Source of the DNA: Candidatus Spongiisociaceae bacterium
Lineage (GTDB): Bacteria > Actinomycetota > Acidimicrobiia > Spongiisociales > Spongiisociaceae
Direction of reading: 5' to 3'
Assembly: GCA_965262915.1 (NCBI GenBank)
Contig: OZ253564.1
Span: forward strand, 2,752,001 to 2,816,000
DNA length: 64,000 nt
Position 1 is the first letter of the stretch. Every line of letters starts with the position of its first letter. Shown here in pieces: positions 39,655 to 49,728 of this stretch. The translations under genes were made by a program, and so were the position numbers. Below the pieces are notes generated by a model. That model was not told the DNA's origin. It ran no database searches and worked only from the letters and a program-made list of their open reading frames with translations.

Positions 39655-40530
39655 ATGTTTTGGAAACAGATAGCGCAAGCGCTGCGGCGGGACACGATGG
39701 CGCTTGCGGCCGGGGGGATTCTGGTGTTGTTCATAGCGATGGCGCTGCTAGGTCCCGGGTTAGCCCCCTACGATCCCGAAGAGATTCTCAGGGACGAGAG
39801 CGGCGCGGCGCTCGTGCTCGAGTTCCCCTCGTTGCGCCACCCGTTCGGGACCACGGATCTGGCGCGTGACATCTTCTCCCAGATCCTCACGGGAGCCCGC
39901 CCCGTGCTCATCGTCGGCTTCTGGGCAGCCTTGCTCCCGACCGGTCTCGGGTTGTTGCTAGGGGTTCTGGCCGGCTACAAGTCCGGGGCAAGCGACACTA
40001 TCGTTTCCCGATTCGTGGAGATCGCTTACTCCCTACCGTTCGAACCGGTTGCGATCGTTCTCATTTCTCTCATCAGCCCGAGCCGATGGACCCTCATTCT
40101 GGCGATCTCGCTCCTGTACTGGCGACGTCCCACGCGCGTGATCAGGAATCAGGTATTGACGCTGCGGGACACCGCCTTCATCAAGGCTGCCCGGGTGGCA
40201 GGCGCTTCCAGCCGGCGGATCATGTTCCGGCACCTGATACCCCTCGTCCTTCCGTTGGCGTTCGTATATATTCCGGTCGCGTTCGGCAACGCCATCCTTG
40301 CCGAGGCGTCGATCAGCTTTCTAGGTTTCGGAGACCCCCAGTCCCAGAGTTGGGGATCCATCCTCCGCAAGGCCTTTGATGGCGGTGCTCTCGACCTGGG
40401 TTGGTGGTGGATGATCGCGCCGGGACTAGCCATCACAGTCGTAACCTCATCCATGTTCTTTCTCACCCGCCCGTTCGAGGAGGTTCTCAACCCTCGGCTC
40501 GCCAGGGAACTTCCCAAGGAAAAGGCATGA
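39655..40530 (+). CDS. Peptide ABC transporter permease (OppC/DppC-like)
   Basis: HPFGT...RDIFS, FIKAARVAGAS, EASISFLG, SWG, NPR. Confidence 0.92.
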   Translation: MFWKQIAQALRRDTMALAAGGILVLFIAMALLGPGLAPYDPEEILRDESGAALVLEFPSLRHPFGTTDLARDIFSQILTGARPVLIVGFWAALLPTGLGLLLGVLAGYKSGASDTIVSRFVEIAYSLPFEPVAIVLISLISPSRWTLILAISLLYWRRPTRVIRNQVLTLRDTAFIKAARVAGASSRRIMFRHLIPLVLPLAFVYIPVAFGNAILAEASISFLGFGDPQSQSWGSILRKAFDGGALDLGWWWMIAPGLAITVVTSSMFFLTRPFEEVLNPRLARELPKEKA

Positions 40531-41555
40531 ACGAGCTTCTGAGTGTGAGCGATCTCTCCATCGACTATCGAGCGGACGAAGAGTGGCGTCCTGCCGTTTC
40601 GGATGTCATGTTCACGGTCGAACGAGGGAAGATACTGGGAATAGTCGGCGAGTCCGGCTGTGGAAAGAGCACGTTGGCACGCGGGCTGATCCGGTTGTTA
40701 CCCGAGAATGGCCGGATCACAAGTGGCCGTGTGGTACTGGATGGCGTCGACCTGCTGGCCCTCACAGACTCCGATCTGCGGCGATACCGGTGGGACCGCG
40801 TGTCCATGGTGTTTCAAGGCGCCATGAACGTTCTGGATCCCGTTTTCCGGATCGGTGCCCAGATCGCCGAGGCCATCCGCTGGCACCGACCGGTCTCGAA
40901 GCGGGAGGCATGGGCGACTGCCCGGAGGCTGCTGGGACAAGTCGGGATCGAGGCGGACCGGGTAAGAAGCTATCCTCATGAGTTGAGCGGGGGAATGAAG
41001 CAGCGGGTGGGCATCGCCATGGCCATCGCTTTGGAACCTGATCTGGTGATAGCCGACGAGCCGACTACGGCCCTCGACGTGATAACGCAGGATGTCGTTC
41101 TCGGTCAGCTGATCAAGCTACAGCGATCCGCCGGCAACTCGATGATTCTGATCTCCCACGACATGGGGATCATCGTGGAGTCCTGTGACGACGTGGCGGT
41201 CATGTACGCCGGGGAGATCGTCGAGACCGGGAGTGTGGAAGATGTGTTTGCCGAGCCTGCACATCCGTACACGATCGGGCTCGTGAACGCCATCCCGAGT
41301 GCCGAAGCCGAGACCGATGCGGTCTCGATTCCGGGTCACCCACCTGCAGCAGGCGAGTGGCCGACCGGATGCCGGTTTCGTAGCAGGTGTCCCTTCGCAA
41401 CCGAAGGCTGTGAGGATCCGGTCCCATGGACTCAGCTCGATGAGAGCCACGGAGTTCGTTGCATCAGATATGCTGAACGACACGAGCTGAGGCGCCGGGG
41501 CGCCGAGCGCTCCGTCTGGGAGCGAGTAGCCGACTCGTGGGGAACATCCGCTTGA
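40527..41555 (+). CDS. Peptide ABC transporter ATPase (OppD/DppD-like)
   Basis: GESGCGKS, YPHELSGGMKQR, ADEPTTALD, HPYT. Confidence 0.93.
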   Translation: MNELLSVSDLSIDYRADEEWRPAVSDVMFTVERGKILGIVGESGCGKSTLARGLIRLLPENGRITSGRVVLDGVDLLALTDSDLRRYRWDRVSMVFQGAMNVLDPVFRIGAQIAEAIRWHRPVSKREAWATARRLLGQVGIEADRVRSYPHELSGGMKQRVGIAMAIALEPDLVIADEPTTALDVITQDVVLGQLIKLQRSAGNSMILISHDMGIIVESCDDVAVMYAGEIVETGSVEDVFAEPAHPYTIGLVNAIPSAEAETDAVSIPGHPPAAGEWPTGCRFRSRCPFATEGCEDPVPWTQLDESHGVRCIRYAERHELRRRGAERSVWERVADSWGTSA

Positions 41556-42853
41556 GTACCGTCGAATTGGTTACACACCGCGTCAGCGATGTTCGATTCG
41601 GCAAGAAGACCCGGGTTTCGAATGGAGAGCTGGTGGTCTCGAAGACAGAGCTGTCGGATTTCCTGGAGAGGGACCCTCGCATCCCCGACCTGACGCTTCA
41701 CATTGCTCGCCCCGGCGACAGCACCCGTATCAATGGGATCCTCGACGTGATCGAGCCGCGCAGTAAGGACCCGGACAACTCCCACACAACCTTTCCGGGC
41801 ATCGGCACCGACTCGGTCTCCATCGGGGTGGGCCGTACTCACGCAGTGCGCGGGGTCACTGTTATGCCTGTCGGCCGCCTACCCGATGGGCGAGAGACGT
41901 TCGTGCAGGAGGACTCTCTCATTGATATGGCGGGCCCCGGCGCTCGGTACTCGCCGTTCTCGACTGTCCCGCACCTCGTTGTCGAATTCGCTGACGTTCT
42001 GGACGGGAATGACGGGGACTATGTGGCGGTAAGGCGTCTTGCGGCTATCCGTATAGCCCGGTTCCTTGCAGCACGAGCGGTGGGTGCCGAGTCGAGAGAT
42101 GTCGAGGTCTTCGCGCGACACGATCCGGATCACGACATCCACGATGAAACTGACCGCGGTGATAACGACCGGGATTCGATCCGCGTCGCCTACGTATGCT
42201 CCTTGATCTCGGAGGGGCCGCTCCACGACACGATGCTGTACGGCCAATCGACGGAGTGCCTTCAGCCCCGCTGGATCACCGTGCCAGAGCTCGTTGACGG
42301 TGCCCTGGTCAGCTCCGATTTCCATTTCTCCTGCCAGCGGACCCCCACGGTGCTGTATCAGCGCAACCCGGTTGTGGAGGCGATCAGGAATAGGCCTGAG
42401 TTGGTGCTCGACGGCGTGATCCTGACCCTGCGGTATGGATCTCACTCCGAAAAGCGCCAGGCAGCAGCCCGAATTGTCGAGATGTTGGTAGAACGGAAGG
42501 TCGATGGGGTGGTGACTCATCCAGCAGTTGGCGGTAACGCGCACATCGACGCTCTCAATATCGTCCAGGAATGTGAGAAGGCCGGCATAGTAACTGCTCT
42601 CATACTGCAGGAAATGGCGGGAGACAACGGCGGCGATCCGGGCCTGGTCGACTCGGTACCGGAGGCGGATCTGATGGTTAGCTCCGGGAACCGCGATCAG
42701 CTTGTCGATCTGCCGGAAGTGATACGCACACTGGGCCCGGATCGACTGCGAGATGGGACTCCTACGAAGGGACCGTTGCGACTATCACTCCGGCGCTACC
42801 TCTGCAGCACGAGCCAGGTCGGAGCGCACCGCATGACTGCAACCGAGGCGTGA
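41537..42853 (+). CDS. GrdE/G/I-family proprotein-like, copy 2
   Basis: PGDSTRI..ILDVIEPR.K, IDMAGPGA.YSPFS, LHDT, DGALVSSDFHFSCQRTPT...NPV, GGNAHID, VSSGN. Confidence 0.85.
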   Translation: MGNIRLSTVELVTHRVSDVRFGKKTRVSNGELVVSKTELSDFLERDPRIPDLTLHIARPGDSTRINGILDVIEPRSKDPDNSHTTFPGIGTDSVSIGVGRTHAVRGVTVMPVGRLPDGRETFVQEDSLIDMAGPGARYSPFSTVPHLVVEFADVLDGNDGDYVAVRRLAAIRIARFLAARAVGAESRDVEVFARHDPDHDIHDETDRGDNDRDSIRVAYVCSLISEGPLHDTMLYGQSTECLQPRWITVPELVDGALVSSDFHFSCQRTPTVLYQRNPVVEAIRNRPELVLDGVILTLRYGSHSEKRQAAARIVEMLVERKVDGVVTHPAVGGNAHIDALNIVQECEKAGIVTALILQEMAGDNGGDPGLVDSVPEADLMVSSGNRDQLVDLPEVIRTLGPDRLRDGTPTKGPLRLSLRRYLCSTSQVGAHRMTATEA

Positions 42854-43059
42854 CAAGGAGCATTCCACCCAACCCACTTCTCGGCGAGGATCATCCTGAC
42901 CATGTCCCGTAGTACCGGACTGCCGGCGAGGTCGCCGGATCCTGGCACATTGGTCCGGATCCCACCTTTCCGAGTCGAAGTCCGCCCGCGAGATCCCGCG
43001 TCGTCCCGAGTGAGACAACGAGAAAGGGAGTTGGCTAGGTCTGGCGCCAATACCAATAC

Positions 43060-43200
43060 GAATCTCCCTCACCACCGCATCGCATACTCCAGTTACCAGG
43101 ACGACGGCGAACTCTACGACTGGGAGATTTGCATCCTCGATCTGGACACCGGTGTCGAACAACAAATCACCAATAACGTCGGCGGCGACTGGCGTGGTCT
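43060..43200 (+). pseudogene. Remnant of a TolB/PD40 beta-propeller gene
   Basis: RIAYSSYQD...WEICILDLDTGVEQQITNN resembles one PD40 repeat; the flanking ORF sequence is not protein-like. Confidence 0.45.
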
Positions 43201-43639
43201 CCTTAGCCAAGAGCGGCTCGGGCTTCCATGCCGGGTAGGAGGTGTTGAAAGTATCATTGGCGAAGGCCACGCCGTCTGGTCCGGCGTCAGTAGCTCACGC
43301 CACTCGTTCGTCAAGTTGCTGACAATCTCGGGGGTCGTGGTGGCTTATCTGCTCGACGAGCCATCAGCTGTCGGTTCGCTACACCCCGAGCGGGACGATG
43401 CTCAACGGAAGAGACTCCCCACAGCCCGACAACCTCGAATCGAGGGGTGTCCGGGCAGGTTCCCGGCCAGCCTCCTCGACCACAGCATCGTGTAGCAATG
43501 TGTCATCGTATCCCCCGTAGCCTGGTCGCGGAGGATCAGTCTCGGGTTACCTGACTGTGGGAACGCATTCAGCGGGACAGCGGTGGATTCGAACTCGCGG
43601 TCTCGATGCCGAGCAGCGAGGACCGTCTCTTGGGACGAT

Positions 43640-43871
43640 GCTCGACTTCGACAGGGAACAGGCTCAACTGGGTGACGGAGCACACCGGGAATCCGGAACC
43701 GTTCTGGTCGGCTGACCTGAAATCGCCGACCCTGCCGAACAGCGGGGTGTGAGGGCGGGACGTGTCGGCCTTGTCGCCGATGGTTTCCGAGAGTCCCTTC
43801 TCGATGTTCCATACCGCCATCTCCTTCATCCGATGGCGGTGATCAGCGAATAGCGGACCGAACCGGAGCAT
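43640..43871 (-). pseudogene. Remnant of an amidase-signature family gene
   Basis: HRHRMKEMAVWNIEKGL...VTQLSLFPVEVE resembles an internal amidase segment, degraded. Confidence 0.45.
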
Positions 43872-44048
43872 TCCGACCCGGGTAAGGTTCCTCTACCTGG
43901 CGGCTGTGATCGATGTCTGGTCAAGGCGGGTAGTGGGATGGTCCGTACGCAGCGATCTGACCACACCGGCCCGACCAGCCTACAAACACGCCCAACAGCA
44001 AAGGTGTCCAGCCGATGGGGGCATGCCAGTGCCACAGTGAGAGGTCGG

Positions 44049-46679
44049 ATGAGCAAGAAGTACGTTTTCAGTTTCGATGAGGCCGATCCCAGGGACAATG
44101 ATCTACTGGGAGGCAAGGGCGCCGGGTTGGCCCGGATGGTCGAGATGGGTTTGGCCGTGCCCCCCGGGTTCACCATCACCACCGCCGCGTGCCGTTCCTT
44201 CTTGGAAGGAGGTCGGGTTCCTCCGAAGCTCTGGTCGCAGGTGGAAGCCGCTCTGACGAGGATCGAGGACCGGACCGGACGGCGCTTGGGAGGAATGGGA
44301 GGGGCTCCGCTTCTGCTGTCGGCCCGCTCTGGCGCCAAGTTCTCCATGCCGGGCATGATGGATACTGTGCTCAACCTTGGCGCTAACCACGCAGTCGTCT
44401 CCGAGTTGACGATGTGGTCCGGTGATGCCCGCTTCGCCTGGGATGCCTACCGACGGATGATCCAGACCTACGGGGATGTTGTGCTGGGGGCAGAGAGAGA
44501 TGATTTCGAAGCGGTGATGAGCAGTCTCCGGGGTCGGAGGAACGTGACAGAAGACTCCCGACTCCCCACGTCCGACCTCGTTGAGGCCGTTCGGAGGTTT
44601 CGTGTGATTCTGGCAGCCCAGCATCAAGAGGTTCCCGCTGATCCCATGGAACAGTTGCGGACATCAATTCAAGCCGTCTTCGAGTCCTGGAATTCGCCGC
44701 GTGCGTACAGTTACCGCCGCCTCAACGGCATTGCCCACGATCTGGGAACAGCCTGCAACATCCAGATGATGGTCTTTGGAAATCTCGGCGGCGACTCGGG
44801 CACCGGAGTGTATTTCACTCGCGACCCGGCTACCGGCAAGAGAGAAATGTTCGGGGACTATCTGGCCAATGCCCAGGGTGAGGACGTAGTGGCGGGGATT
44901 CGCCAGACATCTCCCATCTCTTCTCTCGCCGAGGTTCACCCCGCGGCGCACCAGGAGTTGAGAGCAGTAGGAGACTCCTTGGAGTCTGTGTATTCGGATA
45001 TGTGTGACATCGAGTTCACCATCGAGAAGGGAAAGCTCTGGATACTGCAGACGCGGGTCGGTAAACGTTCCGGGGCGGCGGCGGTAAGAGCAGCGGTGGA
45101 GATGGTGGGGGAAGGTTTGATCGACCGGAAGACGGCCTTGATGAGGGTCGAGCCCACCCAGTTGGAACAATTGCTCGTTCCCGGGGTAAACGAGGAGAAA
45201 TCTCCTCCTCCGGCGTTCTTCGGATTGGAGGCGTCTCCCGGTGCCGCTACGGGAAGGGCTGTTTTCGATGTTCCCAAGGCGGTGGAATGGGCCGCTCAGG
45301 GCATTCCGGTGATACTGGTTCGGTGGGAGACGACCCCCGACGACATCGACGGGATGTTCGCCTCCCAAGGGATCCTCACCAGCCACGGTGGTAAGACCAG
45401 CCACGCGGCGGTTGTGGCCCGGGCCATGGGGACTCCGGCAGTCACCGGCGCCGCGGAGGTGACGATAAACGCGCAAAGGGGATTCTTCACCGCGCCGGAT
45501 GGTGTCCGGGTGAACGAAGGCGAGATGATCGCTATCGACGGCACCACGGGACGGGTGTTCGTCGGCGAAGTGGAGTTGGTGGCGCCATCTCCACCTGCAG
45601 AGTTGACGACGCTGCTGGAATGGGCCGACGAAACCCGACGCCTGGGAATATGGGCGAATGCCGACACGGGCGAGGAGGCTGCCCGCGCCGCCGAACTTGG
45701 CGCCGAAGGCATAGGGCTTGCCAGAACCGAGCACATGTTCATGGGTGACAGGTTGCCGGTGGTGCGACGCATCATCATGGACGAGGAACCCCGGGCTGCC
45801 TTGAGCAAGCTGCAAGAGTTGCAGGCCGATGACTTCACGGGTCTGCTGGAAGCCATGGACGGTAAGCCCGTGGTGGTCCGGTTACTCGATCCTCCTCTCC
45901 ATGAGTTTCTACCGGATCGCTGGGACCTTCGTCACCAGTACGACGAACTGTGCAGGAGGGGCGAATCCACGGCCGAGGTGGAGCGAATGATGGAGGTTGT
46001 CAGGAGTTGGGAAGAGACCAATCCGATGCTTGGCCTCCGTGGAGTTCGGCTGGGGTTGATTCGTCCCTCCCTCTACCGGGTACAGATCCGGGCGGCGCTG
46101 CAGGCCATTCGACGCCGCTTGGAGGCAGGGGGCAATCCGATGTTGGAGATCATGGTTCCCTTGGTAGTCGGTCCCGAAGAAATGGAGAGGGTGGCAGTGA
46201 TGCTCGCCGAAGAGCAAGCGGCCTTCGGCGTTGATCGTAAGGTGAAGTTGGGTAACATGGTGGAGATCCCCCGCGCCGCTCTGCTGGCGGGAGAATTGGC
46301 CCGCATCTCGGAGTTCTTCTCGTTCGGCACGAACGATCTCACGCAAACCACCTTCGGTATGAGTCGCGACGACGCGGAAGCTCGCTTCCTCAACACCTAC
46401 CTGGCCGACGGCATCCTGTCACAGAACCCCTTCCAGTCACTGGATGAAGACGGTGTCGGACAGTTGGTGAAGTGGGCTACGGAGCGAGGAAGAGCGGCTC
46501 GGGCGGATCTGACTCTGGGACTGTGCGGTGAGCACGGGGGGGACCCCGACAGCATTGACTTCTGCCACCGGGTGGGCCTCGACTACGTCTCCATGAGTCC
46601 CCCCCGAATACCTGGCGCCCGTCTCGCCGCTGCCCAAGCGGCAATCCGCAACCGCACCGATTCTGCTGGGGAATCCTGA
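44049..46679 (+). CDS. ppdK: Pyruvate, phosphate dikinase
   Basis: LLGGKGAGL, RSGAKFSMPGMMDT, NAQGEDVVAG, GGKTSHAAVVAR, FGTNDLTQ, CGEHGG. Confidence 0.97.
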   Translation: MSKKYVFSFDEADPRDNDLLGGKGAGLARMVEMGLAVPPGFTITTAACRSFLEGGRVPPKLWSQVEAALTRIEDRTGRRLGGMGGAPLLLSARSGAKFSMPGMMDTVLNLGANHAVVSELTMWSGDARFAWDAYRRMIQTYGDVVLGAERDDFEAVMSSLRGRRNVTEDSRLPTSDLVEAVRRFRVILAAQHQEVPADPMEQLRTSIQAVFESWNSPRAYSYRRLNGIAHDLGTACNIQMMVFGNLGGDSGTGVYFTRDPATGKREMFGDYLANAQGEDVVAGIRQTSPISSLAEVHPAAHQELRAVGDSLESVYSDMCDIEFTIEKGKLWILQTRVGKRSGAAAVRAAVEMVGEGLIDRKTALMRVEPTQLEQLLVPGVNEEKSPPPAFFGLEASPGAATGRAVFDVPKAVEWAAQGIPVILVRWETTPDDIDGMFASQGILTSHGGKTSHAAVVARAMGTPAVTGAAEVTINAQRGFFTAPDGVRVNEGEMIAIDGTTGRVFVGEVELVAPSPPAELTTLLEWADETRRLGIWANADTGEEAARAAELGAEGIGLARTEHMFMGDRLPVVRRIIMDEEPRAALSKLQELQADDFTGLLEAMDGKPVVVRLLDPPLHEFLPDRWDLRHQYDELCRRGESTAEVERMMEVVRSWEETNPMLGLRGVRLGLIRPSLYRVQIRAALQAIRRRLEAGGNPMLEIMVPLVVGPEEMERVAVMLAEEQAAFGVDRKVKLGNMVEIPRAALLAGELARISEFFSFGTNDLTQTTFGMSRDDAEARFLNTYLADGILSQNPFQSLDEDGVGQLVKWATERGRAARADLTLGLCGEHGGDPDSIDFCHRVGLDYVSMSPPRIPGARLAAAQAAIRNRTDSAGES

Positions 46680-46898
46680 GACGTGGCTGTAGTCCGGCTG
46701 AGTGGTGGGAGCGCGCCGCGGACGCTGTTACCCACATCCTGGACGTGACCCCGACCCCCAACCCTCCTACCGGAGGCAGTTGCCCGGCACTAGCAGGGAG
46801 CGGCCTATTCGCGGTCGGGTCTGCGATACCTGCGAAATGTGATACACGGTGTTCGGGGAGCATCGTTTCTGTCAGGTCCGGATGATGGTGGCGGGGTT

Positions 46899-47415
46899 AT
46901 GACTCCCAAGTTGTGGCTGATCGGGATGATGAGGTTCGGGGAAGACCAAGGTGGGGCGGAGGCTCTCCGATCACAGCGGCCTTCCCTTTGTGGATGTGGA
47001 CGACGAGATCGTGGAGCGGGCAGGGATGACCATTCCTCAGATCTTCGCCAACCGCGGTGAGCCGGCATTTCGGGCGATGGAATCCGAAGAGGTGGCTCGC
47101 ATCGCCAGGAGTCGGCAACGGCTGGTGGTGGCCACCGGCGGGGGTGCGATCCTCGACGGAACGAGCCGCCGCCTGATGCGAGAGACCGGATTAGTGGTAT
47201 GGCTGAAACCCTCCATCGCTTCCCTCATCGCCAAAGGCAAGCCCCACAACCGCCCCCTCCTGCAGGGCCATGCCGACCTGGGAGCGCGTTACACCGAGAT
47301 CTGGGAGGCCCGCAAACACCTGTATCAGGAAGCCACCCACCTCACCATTCCAATGGACGGAAAGACCCGGAAACTGGTAGCCGAGGAAGTCTGGAGACTC
47401 TGGAAAGCATCCTGA
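46899..47415 (+). pseudogene. aroK: Shikimate kinase with a +1 frameshift in the P-loop
   Basis: Removing A46932 gives MTPKLWLIGMMGSGKTKVGRRLS...DVD...GEPAFR..E...ATGGG...RPLL. Confidence 0.85.
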
Positions 47416-47562
47416 ACGGGGACCGGTGCGACATACCCGTCGCGGACGGATAACCGTCTCCGCTCCCCTCCGCCAGGGTTACTCCCAGCCTTCGAATTCT
47501 CCTGGGCAAACTCGAACGCTTGGAGGGCTGACGGCCCCCGGGTCTACGCTCCGCCCTCCTAG

Positions 47563-49302
47563 GAGCCTGCTGATTTAGGGGTAGGTGGGGTGGCTGTGTT
47601 GGTGTGTTGGGGGGTGGTGTGTGTGCTGGATTGGGATTTCGGGGGTGGTTTCGGGGGGTTTGGTGGCCGTTTTGGGGGTGGTGGGCCGGTCCGGGGGCGG
47701 TTGGTTTTGGTTTAGGTGGTGGTGAGCGTCCAGCCGCTGGTTGTGTGGGCCACGTCGAGGTTGATGAGCCGTTGTAGGTTGATGGCTGCTGTTCTGGTGG
47801 TGAACCACATTTGGTTGGCTTTGGTTCCTTGGTATGGGACGTGTCGGGCTTTGCCGCGGGTGAGCCAGGCGATGCTCCGTTCGACGGGTGGCCGGTATCG
47901 GCGGTAGGTGGTTTTGGTTTCGTCGTCTGCCCAGCGGGCTTTGTTGGCGGCTCGTAGGTCGTGGTATTTGTCGACGACGATGGTGCGTCCTTTCTTGGCG
48001 GTGGTGCACCGGGCCCGTTTGGGGCAGTCTTTGCATCGCTTGGCGAAGGGGGCGGTACCGCCGGGGCGGATGCGGGCGGTGTGCCCGACGGGACAGGTCA
48101 CGGTTCTGGCTTTGGTGTCGATGTCGAAGTCGTCGCGGTGGTAGCCGTTTTCGATGTGGGGTTTGCGGACGATGGGTTTGGTGATGGGGGTGAGGTTGTT
48201 TTGGTCGAAGGTTTCGAGGGCGGGACCGGACCCATACGCCGAGTCGGCAATAACCTCGCTGTCGGGGGCCTGGTCGGCAACGAGGTCGGCAACCAGGTCG
48301 GCGTCGGGGGTGTTGGCCCCAGTTATCTTCGCGGCGGTGACCAGCCCGGTTTCGGGCTCCGCGGCTATATGCGCCTTGTAACCGTCCCGTTTGTGCGCCC
48401 GGGTCTTGTGACCATGCCGGGCGTCGGGGTCCACCGTGGATATGGTCCGGTCCTTGGCCACACGCCAGCGGCCCTCCCGCTCCGGATCGGCTTCCACGTC
48501 CTGGCCCGCCACCACACCCAACAGTCCCACAGCGTCGGCCTGCTCGCCGCTCAACTTCGCATCCTCGACCGCTGCGATGACCGCCAACGCGTCGGACACC
48601 AGCCCGTTGATCAGCTCAGAGCGGCTTTCGGGATCGGACCAGTCGCAGGACGGTTTCGCCCTCGAGTCGTAATCGTGAGCTACCAGCACCAGATCGGCCG
48701 CCTGCGGTATCAGACGACGGCAACGCCGTATCTGCGATGAGATCATTGTTACCGTGTCCTGGGTAGCTACCGCGTCGTCCAAGATGGTGGAATCCAGAGC
48801 ACGACGGTCCTTGCCTGCCAACACCCCACACTCGTCTATCACCCGCCGTACCGCGTCGAAGATACGCTCGGGACGGTCACTGGCCCGGAGTCTTGCCCGC
48901 CACAGGGTAAGCACCGTCGGGTGGAATCCCCCGTCGCTCAGCGACAGACCCGCCGCCGCTTTCCACGCTATATCACGCCGCAGACTCTGGATCGCTTCTC
49001 TATCCGACAGTCCCTCGAGCGCTTGGAGGACCATCACCACGGCGATCACCGGCCCCGGCACAGACGGGCGACCCCGCCCACTCCCGAACAGATCCGCGAA
49101 CATCTCGTCAGGGAACAGGCGGCGGCGGTTCTCGGCCAAGAACCGGTACACCGACCCCACAGGAACCAGATGCCACAGATCTGTCGTGTCCAAAAACTCA
49201 CGGTCAAAACTCTCAAAACCCTGCATAACCCCTACACTAATACCAACAAACCCAAAACGCGAACACCCCAAACCCCGATACAGCGATTAAATCAGCAGTC
49301 TC
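47563..49302 (-). mobile_element. IS1182-family element
   Basis: Inverted repeats GAG(C/A)CTGCTGATTTA, flanked by CTAG at 47559-47562 and 49303-49306. Confidence 0.88.
47712..49226 (-). CDS. IS1182-family transposase
   Basis: GRPSVP, GLSDREA, LDST, DPDARHG, GYKAH, ADSAYG, CP.G...C..CP....C, YRRYRPPVE. Confidence 0.9.
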   Translation of the reverse strand: MQGFESFDREFLDTTDLWHLVPVGSVYRFLAENRRRLFPDEMFADLFGSGRGRPSVPGPVIAVVMVLQALEGLSDREAIQSLRRDIAWKAAAGLSLSDGGFHPTVLTLWRARLRASDRPERIFDAVRRVIDECGVLAGKDRRALDSTILDDAVATQDTVTMISSQIRRCRRLIPQAADLVLVAHDYDSRAKPSCDWSDPESRSELINGLVSDALAVIAAVEDAKLSGEQADAVGLLGVVAGQDVEADPEREGRWRVAKDRTISTVDPDARHGHKTRAHKRDGYKAHIAAEPETGLVTAAKITGANTPDADLVADLVADQAPDSEVIADSAYGSGPALETFDQNNLTPITKPIVRKPHIENGYHRDDFDIDTKARTVTCPVGHTARIRPGGTAPFAKRCKDCPKRARCTTAKKGRTIVVDKYHDLRAANKARWADDETKTTYRRYRPPVERSIAWLTRGKARHVPYQGTKANQMWFTTRTAAINLQRLINLDVAHTTSGWTLTTT

Positions 49303-49421
49303 CTAGCCGCTGTTCGGCGGTTCCTGGGCTTGCTCGAACTGAAGCGGTTAGACCTCCCCGGACGCGGACTGCTTCTCCCGGTCGCTTGAACCGGCTTCAT
49401 GGGGTTTTTGGGTGATCGCCA

Positions 49422-49610
49422 TCACTCGGGGACCAGGATGGCGGTGTCGGCGGAGTAGGTGACATCCCCGGCCTTGGCGATCCACTCCCGGATGCTGGGT
49501 AGGTGCCAGTCACCGAAGCCGATGCCGACGGGCGGATCGTCGGGGAGGCCGTAGACCTGGCACGCCTGTGGGCGCAGGTACCACCAGCCGTCACTAGCTT
49601 CTCGATAGAG
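49422..49610 (-). pseudogene. Probable 3' gene remnant beside IS5 copy 2
   Basis: The frame ASDGWWYLRPQACQVYGLPDDPPVGIGFGDWHLPSIREWIAKAGDVTYSADTAILVPE* has host-like codons but no start. Confidence 0.3.
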
Positions 49611-49728
49611 TTACTGGTGTTCTCGGCGAAGCGAACCTGGCGAGCGGAGGCTGTCATACCCACGAGGATTGTGTGTGGATCGTCCTCGAATTGGTACGAG
49701 ATGCGAGCGGATTCCCACGACGCGACTA

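Noticed and set aside
42902-43495. 197-aa ORF as an intact gene
   Set aside because: Only a ~45-aa PD40-like stretch looks protein-like, so it was treated as debris.
47575-48036. Pro/Thr/His-rich 153-aa ORF
   Set aside because: It is an alternative-frame product of the C/A-skewed end of IS1182.
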